Positions 40,583 to 46,122 of a stretch of 51,064 nucleotides of DNA are shown here, in pieces. The notes under the pieces are model-generated. The model was not told the DNA's origin and ran no database searches. It was given only the letters and a program-made list of their open reading frames with translations. Each line of letters opens with the position of its first letter. The stretch's first letter is position 1. The translations under genes and the position numbers were made by a program. This DNA is from Gemmatimonadales bacterium (GTDB lineage Bacteria; Gemmatimonadota; Gemmatimonadetes; Gemmatimonadales; GWC2-71-9): the NCBI GenBank assembly GCA_035712665.1, contig DASTAN010000151.1:1-51064 (forward strand), given 5' to 3'.

Positions 40583-42637
40583 TCATCCCGGTGATGGTGC
40601 TTCAGCCTCGAGCATCTGGGCAGTGGCGTGATCGACCATGGCGAGATCCTCGGGCGTGTGGGCCCACCGCGCCGCGAGATCGAGCCAGTGGAGCGCCTCG
40701 GCGTTCGCCCCGACGGTCCGTGCCGCCTCCATCGCACGCATCGCGTGCGTGTAGGCGAGACCGGCCTCCTCGCCACGATCAGCATGGTAGGCCACCTCAC
40801 CGGCGTCCGGCGACTGCCGGTTGATCCGCGCCACTTCCACCGTCGCAAGCGCGATCGCTCGATGGACCTCGCGACGTCGGGCGGCCCCCACGGACGCCAG
40901 CACGACCGACGCGATGAGCGGATGCGCACAGACGTACCGGCTGTCAGCCTCGCCGACCAGGCAGCGTTGCCGCAGGGCATCGCAGACCATTGCGACTCGG
41001 AGGCGTGACTGGCCGTGGACGAGCGAGAGCACATCGGCACCGCAGCCGTGATCGTGGGCCGCGATGGTCGTCAGCAAGGCCTGCTGCTCGCGCGGGAGCC
41101 GCCCGATGCGTTGGGCAATGGCATCGTGCACCGACGGCGGAACCGCACAGCCCAGGACGTCGGCATCCTCGCGATCCGAGAGCCGCCACTCCCCGGTCGC
41201 GGCATCGATGGAGATGCAGCCCTCGGCGAGCCACGTCTTGAGCAGCTCGACGACGTAGAACGGGTTGCCGTGCGTGATTTCGTGCACGCGCCGGGCCAGG
41301 CGATGTGCTGCCGACGCGGAGCGCATGCGCCCGAGGTCTCGGACGATCTCCTCGACATCGGCCACCGCCAGCGGTGCCAGCTCGGCGCGCACGGCCCCGG
41401 GCAGGGTCCGCAGCGCGCGCGCGACGCGGAGCCCCGGTGCATCGTGTTCCTCGTGCCCCAGCGCCAGGGCCACGACCCAGAGCACCGGTGCGCGATCCAT
41501 GCGGCGCACGAGGTAGTGCAGCATCGCCGTGGATTCGGGGTCGCACCAATGGAAGTCGTCGATCACCACCAGAAGTGGTTGGTCGTCGGCGATCGCGGTC
41601 AGCACGTCGGCCACGGCCTCTTCGAGAATGGCAAAGCCCGGTTCGCCCTCATGGACGGCGAGACTCGGGAAGCGCCGACGCACGTCAGGGAGCACCCGCG
41701 CGATGATGCCGAGTGCGATCGGGTCTGCCCCCGCCACACCGGGACACGCGAGCGCCCCGCGCAACAATTCCAGCATCAACCCGATCTGCGTGGTGCGCTC
41801 GGACTCGTAGGCCTGCGTGCGAAGCACCTGACCATGCTGCGTCGACACCCACCGTGCGAAGTCGTCGGTCAGGCGCGTCTTTCCCGTGCCGATCTCGCCC
41901 TCGATGACCGCGACCCGTGGCGTGCCGTGCGTGACCCGATCCCATCCCTGGAGCAGCGTCTCCCACACGGGCGCGCGTCCGGCAAGCCCGGCCTTGAAGT
42001 CCGGTGGCACCGCCTGCCAGCGATCGCCGTCCGATGCAGGGGGCGTTGGCTGCGCAGCGAGGAGATTCGCCTCGGCCATGAGCCGAGCGGCCTCGGTCGG
42101 GTCGGAGGCGACCAGCATCCACCGTTCCCCGATTGCGAGAGCCTGCCGCCAGTCCCCGCGTGCAATCGCCTCGGCACCCGCCGCGGCCGCCACCCGACCG
42201 TACCGGGCGATCAAGTCGCCTCGAACGGCATCGGCCCAGTCGTCGAAGTCCGGACAGTGTCGTGGAGTGAACCCTTCGAGGAACCGTCCCGCCTCGATCG
42301 CGACGGCCGCGGACGGACTGGTCTTGGCGAATTCGAGAAACTGCCGGGCGTCACACGACACCCCGTCCACGAGACCGACACGCGCCCGCTCGATCTGGAT
42401 GTGGTCACCGAGATGCTGGCGCAGCGTCTTCAGCGCCTGGCGAAGGGAGGCGTTCGCCTTGCCATCGGGTGACTCGCCCCACAGCAACGATGCCAAATGC
42501 TCACGGGAATGGAATCCCGGTTCCATCGCGAGGTACGCGACCAGCGCCATCGCCTTCGTCGGCAAGGCCACGGGGGACGATGGGTCCGGGATGTGAATGG
42601 CCGGCGGACCACAGAGCGTGAGCTGGATCGTGGGCAT
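40583..42637 (-). CDS. SARP/AfsR-like transcriptional regulator (OmpR-type wHTH + BTAD + P-loop NTPase + helical C-terminal domain)
   Basis: The N-terminus ...KAMALVAYLAMEPGFHSREHLASLLWGE...LRQALKTLRQHLG... is a wHTH, followed by a BTAD-like helical region. The Walker A motif is GEIGTGKTRL and Walker B-like is LLVVIDDFHW. It is divergent from the peptide genes. Confidence 0.8.
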   Translation of the reverse strand: MPTIQLTLCGPPAIHIPDPSSPVALPTKAMALVAYLAMEPGFHSREHLASLLWGESPDGKANASLRQALKTLRQHLGDHIQIERARVGLVDGVSCDARQFLEFAKTSPSAAVAIEAGRFLEGFTPRHCPDFDDWADAVRGDLIARYGRVAAAAGAEAIARGDWRQALAIGERWMLVASDPTEAARLMAEANLLAAQPTPPASDGDRWQAVPPDFKAGLAGRAPVWETLLQGWDRVTHGTPRVAVIEGEIGTGKTRLTDDFARWVSTQHGQVLRTQAYESERTTQIGLMLELLRGALACPGVAGADPIALGIIARVLPDVRRRFPSLAVHEGEPGFAILEEAVADVLTAIADDQPLLVVIDDFHWCDPESTAMLHYLVRRMDRAPVLWVVALALGHEEHDAPGLRVARALRTLPGAVRAELAPLAVADVEEIVRDLGRMRSASAAHRLARRVHEITHGNPFYVVELLKTWLAEGCISIDAATGEWRLSDREDADVLGCAVPPSVHDAIAQRIGRLPREQQALLTTIAAHDHGCGADVLSLVHGQSRLRVAMVCDALRQRCLVGEADSRYVCAHPLIASVVLASVGAARRREVHRAIALATVEVARINRQSPDAGEVAYHADRGEEAGLAYTHAMRAMEAARTVGANAEALHWLDLAARWAHTPEDLAMVDHATAQMLEAEAPSPG

Positions 42638-42672
42638 GCCTGATCGGGGGAGAGGAAGACATAGGTTAGCGC

Positions 42673-42713
42673 GTTTTCACGATCTCCGGAAGGGTTTTCA
42701 CGATTCTTTCACG
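42673..42713 (+). promoter_or_regulatory. Three direct TTTCACG heptamer repeats (starts 42675, 42696, 42707; spacing 21 and 11 nt) in the divergent promoter region
   Basis: GTTTTCACGAT occurs twice (42673-42683 and 42694-42704), plus TTTCACG at 42707-42713. The phasing of one and two helical turns matches the way SARP regulators bind direct heptamers. Confidence 0.5.
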
Positions 42714-42783
42714 GCCCCTCCCCATCGTTGGCGCAGTTGGTTCGCTGGTGCCACAGCCCATACCCCTCGCAAGGAGCATCGCC

Positions 42784-42936
42784 ATGTCGTCCAAGAACAC
42801 CCCGATCGTCAAGATCACGCTGAACAAGCAGCAGCAGGAGCAGGTCAAGCAGGAGATCGGGAAGGACGCCGAGGCGATCGAGCTGCCGGTGAGCGAGCTC
42901 GAGGAGCGTATCGTCCCGCGCTTCTTCGGCATCTGA
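42784..42936 (+). CDS. Small peptide P1 (50 aa), candidate leader-containing precursor
   Basis: MSSKNTPIVKITLNKQQQEQVKQEIGKDAEAIELPVSELEERIVPRFFGI. AAGGAG lies 7 nt upstream of the ATG. It is a paralogue of P2. Confidence 0.7.
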   Translation: MSSKNTPIVKITLNKQQQEQVKQEIGKDAEAIELPVSELEERIVPRFFGI

Positions 42937-43001
42937 CACCGTCGGCCGCCGATTCCACGATCCCAGAACGCACCATCACCACCCCTGCAAGGAGCCCGAC
43001 G

Positions 43002-43160
43002 ATGTCCTCCAAGAACAATCAGGTCGTCAAGATCACGCTCAGCCAGGCCCAGAAGGATCAGATCAAGCAGGAGACCGGCAAGGACGCCGAGGCGATCGAG
43101 CTGCAGGTAAGTGAGCTCGAGGAGCGCATCGTCCCGCGCTGGTTCGGCAGCATGATGTAG
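43002..43160 (+). CDS. Small peptide P2 (52 aa), candidate leader-containing precursor
   Basis: MSSKNNQVVKITLSQAQKDQIKQETGKDAEAIELQVSELEERIVPRWFGSMM. AAGGAG lies 7 nt upstream of the ATG. It is hidden in spurious ORF 42597-43160. Confidence 0.7.
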   Translation: MSSKNNQVVKITLSQAQKDQIKQETGKDAEAIELQVSELEERIVPRWFGSMM

Positions 43161-43165
43161 TCGAC

Positions 43166-43224
43166 CCGCGACCGACACCGGTCGCGGACGAGGCCGGCTG
43201 GGGCACTGCCCTGGCCGGCCTCGT
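43166..43224 (+). terminator. Two tandem hairpins after the peptide genes (candidate attenuator/partial terminator)
   Basis: Hairpin 1: CCGCGACCG-ACAC-CGGTCGCGG (43166-43187). Hairpin 2: ACGAGGCCGGC ... GCCGGCCTCGT (43188-43224), with inner GGGCA/TGCCC pairing, followed by GTGTCGTGTGG. Confidence 0.5.
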
Positions 43225-43300
43225 GTCGTGTGGCCAATTGCGCATGGCCGCAGGGTGATGCAATTTCGAGCATCTCTCCTTCCTTGACCAGCCCATCCTC

Positions 43301-45142
43301 GTGACAGCTCCCCTTCCCGACGAGTCCTCCCGACTCCGTCGCCTGCGGCAGGTCTCGGTCGCGCTGTTTGCGGGCCTCGACCAGACACGTGCCGTCAGCA
43401 CCGCACTCGAGGGCGCGCGGGAGCTGCTCGGCGCGGATGGCGCCTCGTTCTGGGCCCGGGAGGGGCAGGCGCTGACCTGCCAGCTGGCCCACGGCGCCGA
43501 CAGCGAGGCGCTCCTCGGGACCACGTGGCCCGCCGTGGTGCTGCTCACGCCGGACGTGGCGGGGCTCGTGCTCGTCACGCCGCTCGTGATCGATGACACC
43601 GAGGTCGGTGCGCTGCGCGTCACCCGAGGCGCAGACGAGTCCGCTCAGCCCTTCTCGACAACCGACGCCGTCCTCCTTCAGGACCTCGCAGACAGCCTGT
43701 CGGCAGCGCTCGCGACGGCGATCGCGGCGGAGGCGATGGCCGGGCCTGCCCCGCCGCAGGACTTGACGCTCGTGCTCCAGATGAGCCAGGAGATCGGTTC
43801 CTCGCTCGACCTGGACCGGGTGTGCAAGACCGTGGTGAACCTCGCCGCGCGGGCGGTCTCGTTCGATCGCGGGGCGGTCGCCCTGTACGACAACGGGCGC
43901 TGCGAAGTCCGGGCCGTGGCCGGCAGTGACGTGCACGATGCGGCCTCGCCCGCGATGCAGGACCTTGCGGTGCGCGCGGGATGGGCCGCCGGTGTCGGCA
44001 CGCGATTCTACCTGTCGGATCGGCACGCGCCGCGAACCGATGCGGAGCGGATCTTCCTCCAGATCTTCGCGCAGGACCTCGAGACCGCCGGCGTCGAAAG
44101 CGGGCTGTACCTCCCGCTCCGGGATGATGAGGGCGTCGTCGGGATCCTCGTCTTCGAGGCGGAGCGCGCGGATTTCGTCACCGAGGCGCAGCAGGAACTG
44201 GTGACGATCCTCGCCAACCAGACAACCGTGGCGATCCGGAACGCCCAGCTCTATGCGCGCGTGCCGATGGCGGATGCGCTGAGCTCCCTGACCGTGAAGC
44301 GGCAGCAGTTCCTCGCGATCCCTCGTCGCAAGCGACGCCTGGCCGGCGGCCTCGCGCTGGTGGTGCTGGCGTTGTTGTCATTGGTGCGCTGGCCGCTGCG
44401 CGTCCCGGCGGTGGCGCCGACCTTCCGGCCGGTGCGACAGGCCGCCGTGCGCCCGGCTGTCCCTGGCGTGGTGGAGGAGGTCTTCGTGCGCGAGGGCAGC
44501 ATGGTCGCGGCAGGTGCGCCCGTCGCGCGGTTGCGCGATCTGGAGGCACGGGCCACCCGCGCGGCGTTGGCGGCCGACATCGCCGCGGCCGAGCGGGCCG
44601 CGTCGCTCGCCGCCGCCCGGCAGGATGCCGCGAGCGAGCGCCTGCAGCGGCTGCGGGCCGCGACACTTCGCGAGGAACTGGCGGTCGAGACCGCGCGGGC
44701 CGAGCAGTTGGTGCTGCGCGCCCCGATCGCCGGGATGGTCCTCACGCCCCGCCCGGAGGAGCGCGTCGGGGCGGGCGTGGCCCCGGGCGAGACGATCATG
44801 TCGCTCGGACAGCTCGATTCGCTGGATCTCGACTTCGGCGTGGCGCAGCACGAGGTCGATCGGGTAAGCATCGGTGCCACGGTCCGCCTGCGCGTGGATG
44901 CCCTCCCCTCGCGAACCTTCACCGGGACCGTGCATCGCGTCGGTGCGATGGCGACGATGCACGGCACGGAGCCGCTCTTCCCGATCCTCGCACGCATCGC
45001 CAACCCGGAGGGGCATCTCCGGCCTGGCATGGCACCGCACGCACGCGTGCTCACCGCCCCGATGTCCGTCCTCGGACGGGCCGTGCGCACGCCGTGGCGT
45101 CGACTGCAGCTCTTCTGGTGGAGGATCTGGTCATGGGCTTGA
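43301..45142 (+). CDS. GAF-GAF-TM-HlyD fusion protein (cytoplasmic tandem GAF domains, one TM helix, periplasmic membrane-fusion/HlyD-type domain)
   Basis: 613 aa with a GTG start. GAF-like segments include ...LLGADGASFWAREGQ...IDDTEVGALRV... and ...SLDLDRVCKTVVNLAARAVSFDRGAVALYD...LYLPLRDDEGVVGILVFEA.... The TM helix is LAGGLALVVLALLSLV. The HlyD part is ...VVEEVFVREGSMVAAGAPVARL...coiled coil...LRAPIAGMV...GTVHRV.... Confidence 0.75.
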   Translation: MTAPLPDESSRLRRLRQVSVALFAGLDQTRAVSTALEGARELLGADGASFWAREGQALTCQLAHGADSEALLGTTWPAVVLLTPDVAGLVLVTPLVIDDTEVGALRVTRGADESAQPFSTTDAVLLQDLADSLSAALATAIAAEAMAGPAPPQDLTLVLQMSQEIGSSLDLDRVCKTVVNLAARAVSFDRGAVALYDNGRCEVRAVAGSDVHDAASPAMQDLAVRAGWAAGVGTRFYLSDRHAPRTDAERIFLQIFAQDLETAGVESGLYLPLRDDEGVVGILVFEAERADFVTEAQQELVTILANQTTVAIRNAQLYARVPMADALSSLTVKRQQFLAIPRRKRRLAGGLALVVLALLSLVRWPLRVPAVAPTFRPVRQAAVRPAVPGVVEEVFVREGSMVAAGAPVARLRDLEARATRAALAADIAAAERAASLAAARQDAASERLQRLRAATLREELAVETARAEQLVLRAPIAGMVLTPRPEERVGAGVAPGETIMSLGQLDSLDLDFGVAQHEVDRVSIGATVRLRVDALPSRTFTGTVHRVGAMATMHGTEPLFPILARIANPEGHLRPGMAPHARVLTAPMSVLGRAVRTPWRRLQLFWWRIWSWA

Positions 45143-46116
45143 GGCTGTTCGCCCCGTGGGGTGCCGTGTGCGTCGTCCTTGCCACCCCGATCCTGGCGTG
45201 CGGCGGCACCCCGCCGACGCCGGACGCGGCGGCGCAATCCGCGGACACCGCGCCATTCCAGGCCGAATCAGCCACGACGGAGGTCGGGCTCGCCTTGCCG
45301 GCGCAGGCCTACGTGGAGCACGATGCGGTGATCGCCGCCCGATCGTCGGGGGTGGTCGAATCGTTGTTCGTCGACATCGGCAGTCCGGTCGAGGCCGGCG
45401 CGCGCCTCGCCCAGATCGAGCAGGCGGATCAACGCATCGAACTGGCGCGCGCGGAAGCGGCGCGCGACCAGGGGGCGCGCACCGTGGCCCGCGCCCGTGC
45501 GCTTCGGGACGCGCAAGGCATCAGCGCCGCCGAGGCGGAGGAGATCGAGTTCGCCTTCCGACGCGCGGACCTCGAGGTGCAGCGCGCCCGCCGGGCGATC
45601 GAACTGACCCGCATCGTGGCGCCCTTCGCGGGCCGGGTCGTGGCGCGCTACGTCCAGCCCGGACGCCTCGTGAGCGCTGGCGACACGTTGTTCCGCATCG
45701 CCGAGGCGGAGCCGCTGCTCGCCCGGGTCCGGGTGCCCGAGGCCGCCGCCCGCGGCGTGCGCGTGGGAACGGCCATCGAGGCCGTCACGGAGCGCGGCGA
45801 CCGCATCACCGGATCGGTGCAGACCGTGGCCCCGGCGCTCGACGCGGCGAGCGGCACGCGAGAGGTGATCGTCCGGCTGGGCCGGTCCGCCGCCCTGATG
45901 CCGGGCTCCGCGATCTCGGTGCTGGTGGGGCGCGAATCGCGCCGAGTCCTGGCGGTTCCCGCCGAGGCGATCAGTGCCGACGGCTTCGTGCTGGTGCGCA
46001 ACGGCGACCGGACGGTGATGCGCGCCGTGGTGCTGGGCCAGCGGCTGGGGGACGGGCGAGTCGAGGTCATCAGCGGCGTGCACGCCGGCGAGCGCCTCGC
46101 CCGGCCCGCACGGTAG
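45133..46116 (+). CDS. Membrane-fusion (efflux adaptor, HlyD/RND-MFP family) lipoprotein
   Basis: Within ORF 45094-46116. ATG 45133 follows GGAGGA and overlaps the upstream gene by 10 nt. Reads MGLRLFAPWGAVCVVLATPILAC (lipobox). Contains ...GVVESLFVDIGSPVEAGARLAQIE...coiled coil...IVAPFAGRVVARYV...GSVQTVAPALDAASGTREV.... Confidence 0.8.
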   Translation: MGLRLFAPWGAVCVVLATPILACGGTPPTPDAAAQSADTAPFQAESATTEVGLALPAQAYVEHDAVIAARSSGVVESLFVDIGSPVEAGARLAQIEQADQRIELARAEAARDQGARTVARARALRDAQGISAAEAEEIEFAFRRADLEVQRARRAIELTRIVAPFAGRVVARYVQPGRLVSAGDTLFRIAEAEPLLARVRVPEAAARGVRVGTAIEAVTERGDRITGSVQTVAPALDAASGTREVIVRLGRSAALMPGSAISVLVGRESRRVLAVPAEAISADGFVLVRNGDRTVMRAVVLGQRLGDGRVEVISGVHAGERLARPAR

Positions 46117-46122
46117 CCCTCG

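Noticed and set aside
42666-43388. 240-aa minus-strand ORF, and 42709-42939 (-), covering the small peptide genes
   Set aside because: They are antisense to two ORFs that have strong SDs and are clear paralogues. The translation is low complexity with no start context, so they are treated as shadow ORFs.
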